DNA from: Arcticibacter sp.
GTDB taxonomy: Bacteria; Bacteroidota; Bacteroidia; 2-12-FULL-35-15
Length of the DNA stretch: 64,000 bases
Assembly (NCBI GenBank): GCA_021155045.1
Contig: JAJNQB010000006.1
Span: 126,832 to 190,831 of the forward strand
Reading direction: 5' to 3'
The position numbers were made by a program, and so were the translations under genes. Positions 1 to 9,770 of this stretch are shown one piece after another (positions within the stretch are counted from its first letter, which is position 1; each line of letters opens with the position of its first letter). The notes beneath the pieces were generated by a model, which did not search any database, was not told the origin of the DNA, and saw only the letters and a list, made by a program, of their open reading frames with translations.

Positions 1-140
1 CGCCCCATTCTTTTTCACTATCAATTGTTAGTTTAGAGACTAATTTTGGGAATTCATTTTTTAGAAAACTTAATTTATTCATTACTTCATTACTTCATTA
101 ATTAAATATTATCTTAAAAATACAAAAACAAAATATATTT

Positions 141-899
141 TTGCATAAATATTATATTATGAAAAAAATGAAATTCGGAAAGTGGTTAGGAGGAGGGTTA
201 GGCTGGGCTTTTGGGGGTCCGCTTGGAGGTGTTCTTGGTTTTGCATTAGGGTCAATGTTTGATTCTGCTGATATTTCAGTTCAAGCAAGTGCTGGTTCGG
301 ATATATCCTCTCCTAATCATGCAGGAAATTTTGCTGTTAGTTTGCTTGTACTTTCTGCTGCCGTAATGAAAAGTGATGGAAAAACAATGAAAAGCGAATT
401 AGAATATGTTCGCAAATTTTTACATAACCAATTTGGTGAAGAACACTCAAAACAGCAGATAGCTTTATTAAAAGAAATTTTAACTCAAGAAATTCCTTTG
501 CGTGATGTTTGCCTTCAAATTAAGCAATACATGCCTCACTCAGAGCGGTTACAATTAGTTCATTATTTGTTTGGCATCTCAAAAGCTGATGGGCACGTTC
601 ACGAATTAGAGTTACAAACAATACATTCAATTGCTACTTATTTAGGAGTTAGCTTTGCCGATTTTAATTCTTTAAAAGCAATGTATTTTAAAGATACAGA
701 TAGTGATTATAAAATTTTAGAAATTGAAAAATCAGCAACTGAAGACGAAATTAAAAAAGCGTATCGAAGAATGGCTGTAAAATACCATCCAGACAAGGTC
801 GCATCATTGGGCGAAGAAGTTCAAAAGGCTGCTAATGAAAAGTTTCAGAAAGTTCAACAGGCTTACGAAAATATTAAAAAACACAAGGGTTTTTCATAA
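141..899 (+). CDS. DjlA-like co-chaperone: Gly-rich membrane segment, central TerB-like domain and C-terminal J-domain
   Basis: C-terminal J-domain with HPD motif ('DYKILEIEKSATEDEIKKAYRRMAVKYHPDKV'). N-terminal Gly-rich hydrophobic stretch (GGGLGWAFGGPLGGVLGFALG). The true start may be an internal Met (MKKMKFGKW). Confidence 0.7.
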   Translation: MHKYYIMKKMKFGKWLGGGLGWAFGGPLGGVLGFALGSMFDSADISVQASAGSDISSPNHAGNFAVSLLVLSAAVMKSDGKTMKSELEYVRKFLHNQFGEEHSKQQIALLKEILTQEIPLRDVCLQIKQYMPHSERLQLVHYLFGISKADGHVHELELQTIHSIATYLGVSFADFNSLKAMYFKDTDSDYKILEIEKSATEDEIKKAYRRMAVKYHPDKVASLGEEVQKAANEKFQKVQQAYENIKKHKGFS

Positions 900-903
900 G
901 CAT

Positions 904-1128
904 TTATTTAAGGTTGGTATCAATGGATTCAATTGAATTTCTTGGAATGGCTTCGATGAATGATGAGTTATTCGTCTCTTTAAATAGACCTATGTTATAA
1001 TTGTAGATAAATTGAAAATCGTCATATTTAAGTGGCGTGTCAATTAAAACTCCATATATTCTTTTTCCATTTTTTAAATAAATAATTGCTTGTGTGATAG
1101 AGTAGTTTAGAATGTTATCAATAGTCAT
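904..1128 (-). CDS. small hypothetical protein
   Basis: 74-codon ORF convergent with the djlA-like gene. No recognisable motif. Confidence 0.3.
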   Translation of the reverse strand: MTIDNILNYSITQAIIYLKNGKRIYGVLIDTPLKYDDFQFIYNYNIGLFKETNNSSFIEAIPRNSIESIDTNLK

Positions 1129-1199
1129 AATGTCTTTTCTTTTTATACAAAGAAAGACTTATTATATTAAATGAAAATTAATTTCTTGTTATGAAAAAA

Positions 1200-1502
1200 C
1201 TAAATTCCTCTTTTTTTGTAGATGATGTCATCTATAGAGGTGTGAGGAGATGTGGATGTGCGAGCAAGCTTGCCTGCTTTTTTTAAGTTTCCACTATTGT
1301 TGTTATTTTGAGTTGTAGTATTAGGGGATATAATTCTAAAAATAACAATATTATTTTTTATTGTAGTATCACTTTCATTTGTAGTTTCATTGGCAGTGGG
1401 CTTTTCAGGATTAGTTCCTCCTTTTTTATTTGCGGCACTTAGTTTAGTGTTAAAAGCTATAGCAAGAATAAAGACTAAAAATAATTTTAAAGTGTACTTC
1501 AT
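1200..1502 (-). CDS. small secreted hypothetical protein (signal peptide, Thr/Asn-rich)
   Basis: The internal Met start (MKYTLKLFLVFILAIAFNTKLSA) gives a classic signal peptide. The ATG at 1502 is preferred over the longer ORF. Confidence 0.4.
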   Translation of the reverse strand: MKYTLKLFLVFILAIAFNTKLSAANKKGGTNPEKPTANETTNESDTTIKNNIVIFRIISPNTTTQNNNNSGNLKKAGKLARTSTSPHTSIDDIIYKKRGI

Positions 1503-1576
1503 TTGATTAGATATTTGATATTCAAATTTAATTAAATATAACTCATGGATATAATCATTAAGATTTATTAACAAAA

Positions 1577-1608
1577 AACATCCGCTTTTTTTGAGCGGAT
1601 GTTTTTTG
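1577..1608 (-). terminator. bidirectional rho-independent terminator hairpin (catccgc / gcggatg) flanked by A- and T-runs
   Basis: 'aaaaaacatccgctttttttgagcggatgttttttg', immediately downstream of the stop of the M43 protease gene. Confidence 0.55.
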
Positions 1609-1616
1609 TAAGTAAT

Positions 1617-4352
1617 TTATTCTGTTATAATCAGTTTTCTAGTAGTGCTTACATTATCGACAGTTAGCCTAATAAAGTAAACTCCATTTGAGAAGTTATT
1701 ATCAGTTTTCGAAAGATTTATTTTATAATCACCTTCCGACTGAGTTGTATTTACGGGAACAACAATTGTTTTTCCTAAAACATCAACAACTTCCAATTTA
1801 ACATTTCCTTTTTGAGTTAAATGATAGCTAACCGATGTTGATTGATTTGTAGGGTTAGGGAAAATCATCAAATCAAAAGTATTTGTATTTTCAGCAATAC
1901 CTACAACTCCATTGATGTTGATATCGTCAATGTATAAGTTGTTAGGCTCAGGACCTGCTTCAAACACAAATTTAAATCTTACATTTTGGTTGTTTGCAGA
2001 AGTAGGTAGGTTAATGGTCTTAGTAGTCCATTGACTTGCACTTGTAGGAGTAAAAAAACCAGCACTATAACCATTATTAGCCAATGTCGCATTGCTTATT
2101 GTTCCACTAGGTAAAATTGTCCACGAGTTTCCACAAGTAATAGAATAATAAACTTTAAGCGCATCCTGAATATCAGCAGCTACCGTTCCATGAGAAGAAC
2201 CTGCATACTTGAACGATAAAGTTGCTGGGGTAACATAAGCAAGATTGAAAGAAGGGCTTATAATCTCATCTACATCATTGTTGTAGTTTTGATAAGCATT
2301 CATCAATAAACTTTTTGAACTGTTATATCCAGTATAATTTACATGTGTAAATGTATTTGCGTTATTGTCCATGTTGTTAATCTTCCAATAATACCAAAAG
2401 CTATTTGCATTTTCAAAATTTTCGGTATAACCATTACCCATAAAATCACCCCAAGGGTTACTTACGGTTATGTATTCTGTTTTTACAACAGAATCAACAC
2501 CTGATGCGTTGGTAGCAACTAATGTTACGGGCCAAACTCCTACTTGGTCATAAACAACATTTACTGTTGCAGCAGTTGAGGTAGAAGTTGGAGTGGCAGT
2601 TGAACCTGGGAATCGCCATAATAAAGATGTCGGAGTTCCATGCATGATATTTTTTTGAAAAGTAATGGTTGTACCTTTGCAAATCCAGCGTTTATCTCCT
2701 GTTACAAAGAAATCTGGTTTTGCTTTACAATCAGCTGTTGCTGGAGAAATTCCTGTAGCAGTCAAATTTGAATTAATCCAAAGATTATTTCTTGCAGATA
2801 CTGTACTTTCGAGGGCTGTACGCATTCTTAATTTTTGGTCAGTTGTAAACAATTTAGAACAATATGAATATTCCATATAATTTTCTACATTTTCCATTGT
2901 TCCAAAAGTTCCAGAAATGGTAACATTATCAATTTCGAATGAGCCAGCAGCATCTTCAGCATTGAATCCATAAATACGGAAAGTTAAAGAATCGTATATG
3001 TTAGTATATGAAGCACCTGACAGGGTTATTTTACTGCCAGAAATTGCATTTGTTGTGTCCATAGTTATAAAAAAAGTATTACCAGCTTGCACGCTTAATA
3101 ATGGATTTGCAGGCGTAACACTAGATGTTAAATTAGCCGCAAAGCCGCCAACACTTGATCTAACTGCAAATGTTCTGACTCCAGAAGTATCACGTTTAAT
3201 ATTAAAGGTAATACCAGTTAAAGTCATCGCTTGACCTGCAATTGGTTTAACTTTAAACTCATAATATTTTGCTGTGTTTAAACTTCCAGTAAGATTTGCA
3301 TAAACAGTTTCTGCATTTAATGCTCCAGTATCCCAATCGCTAAATCCAAATGCTCCTGATACAGATGAATTTGCCGAAACACCCATTGCGTTGAAACTGG
3401 TTAGTTCTACTGCAAGATTTGATGTTGTATTAATTTGATTTGGTGTTGCTGTAGGGTCTATTGTGCCTGTTGAAGTTGTAACATTTGAAAAGTCGTAAAC
3501 AGCTGTTAATGTTTGACTATCGCAAAAATAATCAGTTCTGTTATTACAATTATCATGTCCTTTTGTAACTGGCGTATCATTTACTAAATCATCGCCACAA
3601 GCTACATTTGGGTTATTGGTTGATCCCCATGTATGAGGAAGATTTAACCAATGTCCTACTTCATGAGTTAAAGCTCTTGATCTAAAAACACTTCCTGTAC
3701 CCACGCTACCAATATAATCATGTAATATAATAATTCCATCAAAAGGAGATAAAAAACCGGATGTAGCTCCAGGGTAATAAGCATAACCTGCTGTTCCTAC
3801 ACTTTCCATTGATCTTACAACCCAAACATTTAAGTATTTGTTTCTTGGCCAAGGGTTTAATTTCGACAAATCATTTGCAGAATTTGTTTTGTGAGAATAA
3901 ATTCTGTCAATACCATTTGTACAATTTCCATTAGGGTCTAGTTTTGGTAACCTAAACTCGATTTTGGTATCGGCTGCTATTCCTTGAAAGAAAGGGATGG
4001 CAGCTGTAATATCAGCGTTTAGTTTTCTAAAATCTCTGTTTAGAATCGCAACTTGATCAAGAACTTGAGCATCAGAAATGTTTTCTGTGCCATACGTATG
4101 AATGATATGAAATACTACTGGAATAATATAAACGCTTTCCGTAGCCTTTTGTTCTTTTTTTTCAGCAGCAGCTTTTATTATTTCGTTATTGTAATCAATT
4201 TGTGCCTGACGCAATTCTGGATGTTGTTGATACAACTTTTCCATCATTAAGTCGGTTCCGCAATTGAACCCTTCCTGTGCATTAGCAGTTTGACTTTGTA
4301 CAGCTACCAGAGCTAGTCCTATTAAAGCATTTTTTAGTAAACGTGTTTTCAT
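1617..4352 (-). CDS. secreted M43 (pappalysin/cytophagalysin-like) zinc metalloprotease with T9SS type-A C-terminal sorting domain
   Basis: Signal peptide MKTRLLKNALIGLALVAVQSQTANA. Zinc-binding 'HEVGHWLNLPHTW' is an HExxHxxxxxH motif of the M43 type. The C-terminal ~80 aa form a Por/T9SS CTD (PNPTN...GVYFIRLTVDNVSTTRKLIITE). Confidence 0.8.
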   Translation of the reverse strand: MKTRLLKNALIGLALVAVQSQTANAQEGFNCGTDLMMEKLYQQHPELRQAQIDYNNEIIKAAAEKKEQKATESVYIIPVVFHIIHTYGTENISDAQVLDQVAILNRDFRKLNADITAAIPFFQGIAADTKIEFRLPKLDPNGNCTNGIDRIYSHKTNSANDLSKLNPWPRNKYLNVWVVRSMESVGTAGYAYYPGATSGFLSPFDGIIILHDYIGSVGTGSVFRSRALTHEVGHWLNLPHTWGSTNNPNVACGDDLVNDTPVTKGHDNCNNRTDYFCDSQTLTAVYDFSNVTTSTGTIDPTATPNQINTTSNLAVELTSFNAMGVSANSSVSGAFGFSDWDTGALNAETVYANLTGSLNTAKYYEFKVKPIAGQAMTLTGITFNIKRDTSGVRTFAVRSSVGGFAANLTSSVTPANPLLSVQAGNTFFITMDTTNAISGSKITLSGASYTNIYDSLTFRIYGFNAEDAAGSFEIDNVTISGTFGTMENVENYMEYSYCSKLFTTDQKLRMRTALESTVSARNNLWINSNLTATGISPATADCKAKPDFFVTGDKRWICKGTTITFQKNIMHGTPTSLLWRFPGSTATPTSTSTAATVNVVYDQVGVWPVTLVATNASGVDSVVKTEYITVSNPWGDFMGNGYTENFENANSFWYYWKINNMDNNANTFTHVNYTGYNSSKSLLMNAYQNYNNDVDEIISPSFNLAYVTPATLSFKYAGSSHGTVAADIQDALKVYYSITCGNSWTILPSGTISNATLANNGYSAGFFTPTSASQWTTKTINLPTSANNQNVRFKFVFEAGPEPNNLYIDDININGVVGIAENTNTFDLMIFPNPTNQSTSVSYHLTQKGNVKLEVVDVLGKTIVVPVNTTQSEGDYKINLSKTDNNFSNGVYFIRLTVDNVSTTRKLIITE

Positions 4353-4568
4353 TTTATAATTTATTGTGATAGGTTTAAAAATTTACATTTTTGTAATAGG
4401 CAATATTATGGATTTTTATTTACAAAAACAAGGCTCGTTCGTAATTATTAAAAATGTTAATAAATATGCTAAAAACCATAGGGTAAGATGATTTCAAATA
4501 TATTTTGTTTAGTTAATATAAAATCGAACTATATTTACGGTTCTTAAATTTTAAAAAAAACATTAAAA

Positions 4569-5459
4569 ATGAGCAAATATTCTAAATTTAAAGGCACTGG
4601 AGTAGCAATTGTAACGCCCTTTTTGAAAGATAGTAGCATTGATTATAAGTCTTTAACAAAAGTGGTTAATCATATTATTAAAGGTGGTGTAGAGTATGTT
4701 GTAGCAATGGGCACAACTGGCGAATCGGTAACGCTTACAAAGGAGGAAAAACAATTGGTTGTATCTCATGTGCTGGAAGTGGTGGATAATAGAGTTCCTG
4801 TTGTTCTTGGTCTTGGAGGAAATAATACACAAGAAATTTTAAATGCACTTAAAAAATCGAACGATTTTAAAGGGGTAGATGCTATTTTATCGGTTTCACC
4901 TTATTATAACAAACCTAATCAACGAGGAATATATCAGCATTATAAGGCTATTTCGGAGGCTTCTGATTTGCCAATAATTTTATATAATGTTCCGGGTAGA
5001 ACTAGTTCAAATATTTCGGCTGATACTACTATTAAACTAGCTACTGATTTTAAAAATATTATAGCCATAAAAGAAGCGTCAGGAAGCATTGAGCAGTGTA
5101 TGAAAATTATAAAATATCGTCCCAAAGATTTTTTAGTTATTTCAGGTGACGATATGATTACACTGCCAATTATAGCAAGTGGGGGGGATGGTGTTATTTC
5201 TGTTGTGGCAAATGCTTTTCCAAAAGATTTTTCTGAAATGACTCGCCAGATTTTGGCAGGCAATGTAAAAGAAGCTCAGAAACTTCATTATAAATTAACA
5301 GATATTACCGAACAACTGTTTGCTGATGGTAACCCTGCAGGAATAAAAGAAGCGCTTTCTATTTTAGGTATTTGTCAGCCACATGTGAGATTACCATTAG
5401 TTAACGTAAACAAAGCAACTCAAAATGCTTTAAAGGAAATGGTATCTATGTATAAATAG
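4569..5459 (+). CDS. dapA: 4-hydroxy-tetrahydrodipicolinate synthase
   Basis: 'GTGVAIVTPF', 'VAMGTTGESVTLT' and 'ILYNVPGRT' are DapA/NAL-family signatures. Length is 296 aa. Confidence 0.9.
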   Translation: MSKYSKFKGTGVAIVTPFLKDSSIDYKSLTKVVNHIIKGGVEYVVAMGTTGESVTLTKEEKQLVVSHVLEVVDNRVPVVLGLGGNNTQEILNALKKSNDFKGVDAILSVSPYYNKPNQRGIYQHYKAISEASDLPIILYNVPGRTSSNISADTTIKLATDFKNIIAIKEASGSIEQCMKIIKYRPKDFLVISGDDMITLPIIASGGDGVISVVANAFPKDFSEMTRQILAGNVKEAQKLHYKLTDITEQLFADGNPAGIKEALSILGICQPHVRLPLVNVNKATQNALKEMVSMYK

Positions 5460-5464
5460 TTTAT

Positions 5465-6259
5465 TTATTCAATTATTTTATACATTTCGTATGCTTCCAT
5501 TCGTGTACAGGAGTTAAAATGCCACCATTCTGTTGTTATTGGCATAAAGCCTGCTTCAATCATTATATCACGTAAGATGCGTCTGTTTAATAATTGTTTC
5601 ATGGTTAGTTTTCCTTCATTAAAAAGCCGATCTTCTTCTCTGGGATAAGCAAGTTCTCCAAAATAATCATAAGGAGTTCCCATATCTAATTCTATTCCGT
5701 TTTCATCTCTAATACTTAAATCAACAGCTGCTCCAAAATTATGTAAAGACGCATTTTCAGGATTGGATACGTATTTGGAACGGTCGTAATAAGGAACATC
5801 AATTGCTCCCCACATTTTGTACTGAACACTTCTTGGTCGTACACCATCAAATATAATTAAAGAATAATAAGGGAATTTTGTTTTTAATAATGTTTGTGCA
5901 AATACAATTTTATCTGCAACATCTTTTTGCAAATAACATTTTTGGAAATTACCATACATGTTTGTTTTTAAAAAATTATCGGTACCAGCATATTTTAAAT
6001 CAACATCAATTGTAGAATCCATTTTTTGAATATCTATCAAGCCTGCTTCAATTAATTTAGCTTCCATTTTCGAAGAATCATTATTTTCTTTATTTGAATT
6101 TAACGTGTAATTATGGAGTGTGTCAATTTTAGTTGATAAAACAAAATCGTTTTCCGCAACAGGTAATTTGTTTTTGTTGAAATCATTTTTACATGAAACG
6201 AATGAAAAACAAAATATAAATAGAAAATAAATTATGCGACTTATAAACATATCGAACAA
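5465..6259 (-). CDS. M15-family D-Ala-D-Ala dipeptidase-like lipoprotein (VanX-like)
   Basis: Signal peptide/lipobox (…CFSFVSC). 'NFGAAVDLSIRDENG' and C-terminal 'EWWHF' are typical of VanX/M15D. Confidence 0.65.
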   Translation of the reverse strand: MFDMFISRIIYFLFIFCFSFVSCKNDFNKNKLPVAENDFVLSTKIDTLHNYTLNSNKENNDSSKMEAKLIEAGLIDIQKMDSTIDVDLKYAGTDNFLKTNMYGNFQKCYLQKDVADKIVFAQTLLKTKFPYYSLIIFDGVRPRSVQYKMWGAIDVPYYDRSKYVSNPENASLHNFGAAVDLSIRDENGIELDMGTPYDYFGELAYPREEDRLFNEGKLTMKQLLNRRILRDIMIEAGFMPITTEWWHFNSCTRMEAYEMYKIIE

Positions 6260-6291
6260 AAATAAGGATTATTAAAAATCTTCGTTTACTT

Positions 6292-7200
6292 TTGTTTGCA
6301 ATGGAAAATTATCCTTCAAAAGTTTTAATGATTCGCCCTGTGCTTTTTGGTTATAATGAACAAACAGCAGCTAGCAATTCTTTTCAAAATTCAAAATTAA
6401 ATGAAAACGAAACGTATATACAAGGTCAAGCTTTGATTGAGTTTAATACTTTTTCTGAAAAACTTAGATTTGAAGGAATTGATGTTATAGAATTTGAAGA
6501 TACTGAAAAGCCGCATACTCCAGATTCAATTTTTCCGAATAATTGGATTTCTTTTCACGAAGATAATTTAATTGTATTGTATCCTATGCTAGCAGAAAAC
6601 AGAAGGCTTGAAAGAAGAAACGAAACGATAGATTTTTTTAAAAATGAAAAAACGCAAGTCATCGATTTTTCATCATTCGAAAAAGAAAATAAATTTTTAG
6701 AAGGCACAGGAAGTATCGTTTTTGATTATACCAATAAAGTTGCTTACGCAAATGTTTCTCCAAGAACAGATAAAAAATTGTTGCAGCAATTATGTGAAAA
6801 ATTGAATTACCAATGTGTAGTTTTTGCCGCTGTTGATAATGAAGGAAAGGATATTTACCATACAAATGTATTGATGTGTGTAGGGGCAACCTTTGCCGTT
6901 ATTTGTACCGAATGCATTAAAGATTCAAAAAATGTAATTCAATCATTGAAAAAAAGTAATAAAGAATTAATCGAAATTACTTGCGCTCAAATGAATTCTT
7001 TTGCTGGAAACATGTACCAATTGTTTAACGATAAAAATGAAAGTATCATTGTAATGAGTGAGCAAGCTTTTAAATCATTAAATGAAATACAGATAAATGA
7101 AATCCAAAAACATGGGAAAATATTACACTCCCCGCTTTATACTATCGAAAAGTATGGTGGGGGCAGTGCCCGTTGTATGATTGCAGATATCCGAAATTAA
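6292..7200 (+). CDS. amidinotransferase-superfamily protein (arginine deiminase-related / citrulline-utilisation hydrolase-like)
   Basis: C-terminal 'GGGSARCMIADI' has the catalytic-Cys motif typical of the ADI/DDAH/amidinotransferase fold. Length is 302 aa. Confidence 0.6.
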   Translation: MFAMENYPSKVLMIRPVLFGYNEQTAASNSFQNSKLNENETYIQGQALIEFNTFSEKLRFEGIDVIEFEDTEKPHTPDSIFPNNWISFHEDNLIVLYPMLAENRRLERRNETIDFFKNEKTQVIDFSSFEKENKFLEGTGSIVFDYTNKVAYANVSPRTDKKLLQQLCEKLNYQCVVFAAVDNEGKDIYHTNVLMCVGATFAVICTECIKDSKNVIQSLKKSNKELIEITCAQMNSFAGNMYQLFNDKNESIIVMSEQAFKSLNEIQINEIQKHGKILHSPLYTIEKYGGGSARCMIADIRN

Positions 7201-8603
7201 CCCAATAACGTTTTTTCTGCTGCTTTTAATATTGCAAAAGCTTTTTCTGTGTTTGCCGATTCTGCATAATTACGCAAAACAGGTTCAGTGCCTGAAGCAC
7301 GAATCATTAGCCATTCATCATTATCAAAGAAATATTTCCAACCGTCAATTGTTTCTAATCGTTTAACCTTATAATTGCCAAATGAATCGTATTTATTGGT
7401 TTTGCAATTTTCTACAATTTTATTTTTTACATCTTCTTTTAAGTGCATATCGCTACGTTCAAATTTGAATTCGCCAACAATTGAATATACTTCTGCAATT
7501 AATTCATCAAGCGTTTTTCCTGATTTTACCATGTATTCCCAAATGGTTAAACCCATCCAAATTCCATCGCGTTCAGGAATGTGACCTTTTATTGCTATTC
7601 CTCCACTTTCTTCACCTCCAAGTAAAACATCATCTGTAAGCATTATACCTGCAATATGTTTGAATCCAATTTGTACTACTTGATATTCCAACCCAAAATG
7701 TTCGCACATTTTTTTTACACGTGGAGTAACAGAAAATGCGTTTACAACTTTTCCTGTGAATTTTTTTTGCGTTACCAAGTAATTGATGAGTAATAGAATT
7801 ATATGATGTGAATCTACAAAATCGCCTTTGCTATCGTATAAGCCAATTCTGTCGGCATCACCATCAGTAGCTAAGCCACAATCTATATCGCCACTTTCTT
7901 TTATTAGTGTAGAAAATGGAATTAAATTTTTATGAATAGGTTCAGGTGCTTGACCTTCAAATCCTGGGTTGTAATCGCAATGCAAGAAGGTAATATCAGG
8001 CAATAACCTTCTCATCACATTTTGTCCAGCTCCATACATTGCGTCATAAGCAAAATTCATTTTGCTATTTCGAATTGCTTTCATGTCAAAATTTTTCTCA
8101 ACATGATTTACATACATTGTTTCTAAATCAATGTATTCAATTAAACCTTGTTTTTCAAAGTCAGCTATAGAAAGCTTTTCAACATCAATAGAATTTGTAT
8201 CAGGAATTAAATCTTCAACTTCTTGAATTTGTGCAGGTAATAACGGACCACCAAAATGACCTTTTAACTTATATCCATTATATGAAGGAGGATTGTGCGA
8301 TGCAGTAATAATAATACCCAACGATGCTCCATTTTGTTTTGTCCCTAATGATACCATTGGAGTGGATACAAAATCCTTTGCCAAATAAACTTTTATACCC
8401 GCATTGGCTAAAATTTTTGCGGTGGTTTCTGCAAATAATTCTCCTGCAAATCTGCAATCATGACCCACAACAACGCTTGGCTTTTTGAAATTAGCCTTTA
8501 ACCATTGTGCCGAAGCAATAGTAACACGAGCAACATTATCTACTGTAAAATCTTTGGCGATAATTGCTCTCCAACCGTCCGTTCCAAATTTTATTTTTGT
8601 CAT
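7197..8603 (-). CDS. alpha-D-phosphohexomutase (phosphoglucomutase/phosphomannomutase family)
   Basis: Active-site 'TASHNPPSYNGYK' and Mg-loop 'DGDADR'. Length is 468 aa. Confidence 0.85.
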   Translation of the reverse strand: MTKIKFGTDGWRAIIAKDFTVDNVARVTIASAQWLKANFKKPSVVVGHDCRFAGELFAETTAKILANAGIKVYLAKDFVSTPMVSLGTKQNGASLGIIITASHNPPSYNGYKLKGHFGGPLLPAQIQEVEDLIPDTNSIDVEKLSIADFEKQGLIEYIDLETMYVNHVEKNFDMKAIRNSKMNFAYDAMYGAGQNVMRRLLPDITFLHCDYNPGFEGQAPEPIHKNLIPFSTLIKESGDIDCGLATDGDADRIGLYDSKGDFVDSHHIILLLINYLVTQKKFTGKVVNAFSVTPRVKKMCEHFGLEYQVVQIGFKHIAGIMLTDDVLLGGEESGGIAIKGHIPERDGIWMGLTIWEYMVKSGKTLDELIAEVYSIVGEFKFERSDMHLKEDVKNKIVENCKTNKYDSFGNYKVKRLETIDGWKYFFDNDEWLMIRASGTEPVLRNYAESANTEKAFAILKAAEKTLLG

Positions 8604-8632
8604 AATTTTAATTTTTTACAAATATAATTTTC

Positions 8633-9688
8633 TTAATGAATATTTCGCTTATTTAAAGCATCTCTATATTTTTTTGCATAAATTTCGTGCTGGGCAGCCG
8701 TTTTTGCAAAGTAATGTTTGCCAGATAAATCCTCTTTAGCACACATAAAAATATAATCATGTTTTTCAAAATTTAATACGGCATCCAACGCTTTGGTATT
8801 TGCAAAGCCTATTGGTCCTGGAGGTAAACCATTAATAATGTAAGTATTATAAGGCGAATTAAATTTTAATTCTTCATAAGAAACCCTTCTATCCGAAAAA
8901 TCACCAATTGCAAAAATTACTGTTGGGTCCGATTGTAATTTCATTCCCATTTTTAAACGATTTAAATATAATCCAGCAATTGTTTTTTGTTCTTCCGTAT
9001 CGCAACATTGTTCACTTTGCACAATCGATGCTAAAGTGGAAACTTCAACCTGTGTTAGCTTGATTTTTTTTGCTTTTTGAATTCGTTCTTCCGTCCAATA
9101 TTTTTTATATTCTGTAGCCATACGTTCAAAAAATTCATCAACAGAAGTGTTCCAATAAAATTGGTACGTGTTTGGAAGAAACAATGCTTGTACATTATTT
9201 TTGTTAAACCCATATTTGCTTAAAAAGGCATTGTCATTAAAAGCATAATATAAATCCAAAGAATCCGCTTCAATTCGTTTTGCCACTCTTGCAATTAATT
9301 GATTCGTTGTTTTTAATCCATTGAAATTTATTTCAATTGGTTCTTGAATTCCAGCACGAAGCAAATTAATGAGAGCATTGTTACTCATGTTTGCTAAAAT
9401 TCTGTATTTACCAGCCTTTACAGCTGATTTATAATTCTTTTTTTCTGCAAGCCATTCAAAAGAAGTTTTGTTTGCTAAAATACTGTTTTCAGAAAGTATT
9501 TTTAAAACATCGGAAAAGGTTGAGCCAGTAGGAATATAAATTATTTGCGATTTTTTATCACCTAAATTTACATTGGATTGATAAATTGATTGATACGCAA
9601 AATAACCTCCAATACTTGTTGCCAGTACAAGTAAAACAAAAAAAGAAATAATTATTTTCTTAAAAAACGAACTCTTTTTTTTTGCCAT
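8633..9688 (-). CDS. mltG: endolytic murein transglycosylase MltG (YceG family)
   Basis: N-terminal TM anchor, YceG-like domain architecture, ~350 aa. Gene-symbol call is from overall similarity to the MltG family. Confidence 0.75.
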   Translation of the reverse strand: MAKKKSSFFKKIIISFFVLLVLATSIGGYFAYQSIYQSNVNLGDKKSQIIYIPTGSTFSDVLKILSENSILANKTSFEWLAEKKNYKSAVKAGKYRILANMSNNALINLLRAGIQEPIEINFNGLKTTNQLIARVAKRIEADSLDLYYAFNDNAFLSKYGFNKNNVQALFLPNTYQFYWNTSVDEFFERMATEYKKYWTEERIQKAKKIKLTQVEVSTLASIVQSEQCCDTEEQKTIAGLYLNRLKMGMKLQSDPTVIFAIGDFSDRRVSYEELKFNSPYNTYIINGLPPGPIGFANTKALDAVLNFEKHDYIFMCAKEDLSGKHYFAKTAAQHEIYAKKYRDALNKRNIH

Positions 9689-9714
9689 TTTTACGTTTTA
9701 CTTTATAAAAATAA

Positions 9715-9752
9715 AGTAAAAAACTCTTCATTAATTTCTGAAGAGTTTTTTT
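9715..9752 (-). terminator. rho-independent terminator downstream of glyA (actcttca/tgaagagt hairpin with flanking A/T runs)
   Basis: 'aaaaaactcttcattaatttctgaagagttttttt' lies between the glyA stop and the mltG start. Confidence 0.5.
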
Positions 9753-9770
9753 ATAAGTTGATTTATGTGT

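Noticed and set aside
2665-3234. Plus-strand ORFs (71 and 78 aa) inside the M43 protease gene, and the many other 60-130 aa ORFs antisense to large genes (4053-4250, 4940-5263, 6659-6889, 7181-7584, 9765-10394, 11902-12111, 12830-15064, 16574-16759, 20188-21191, 22715-22939, 27911-28804, 29182-30490, 30950-32133, 35125-36102, 39083-39268, 40521-42500, 44523-45538, 47126-48277, 54167-54535, 55938-56291, 61935-63212)
   Set aside because: All lie entirely within, and antisense or out of frame to, long ORFs with clear protein-family signatures. Their composition is low-complexity and consistent with the reverse frame of AT-rich coding DNA. There is no independent support.
4353-4568. Promoter calls upstream of dapA, the giant adhesin (11653-11738), the fucosyltransferase (33681-33996) and the SBBP gene
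   Set aside because: No exact TAnnTTTG -7 element at a sensible distance could be found by eye. Only the wzc-upstream match is reported.
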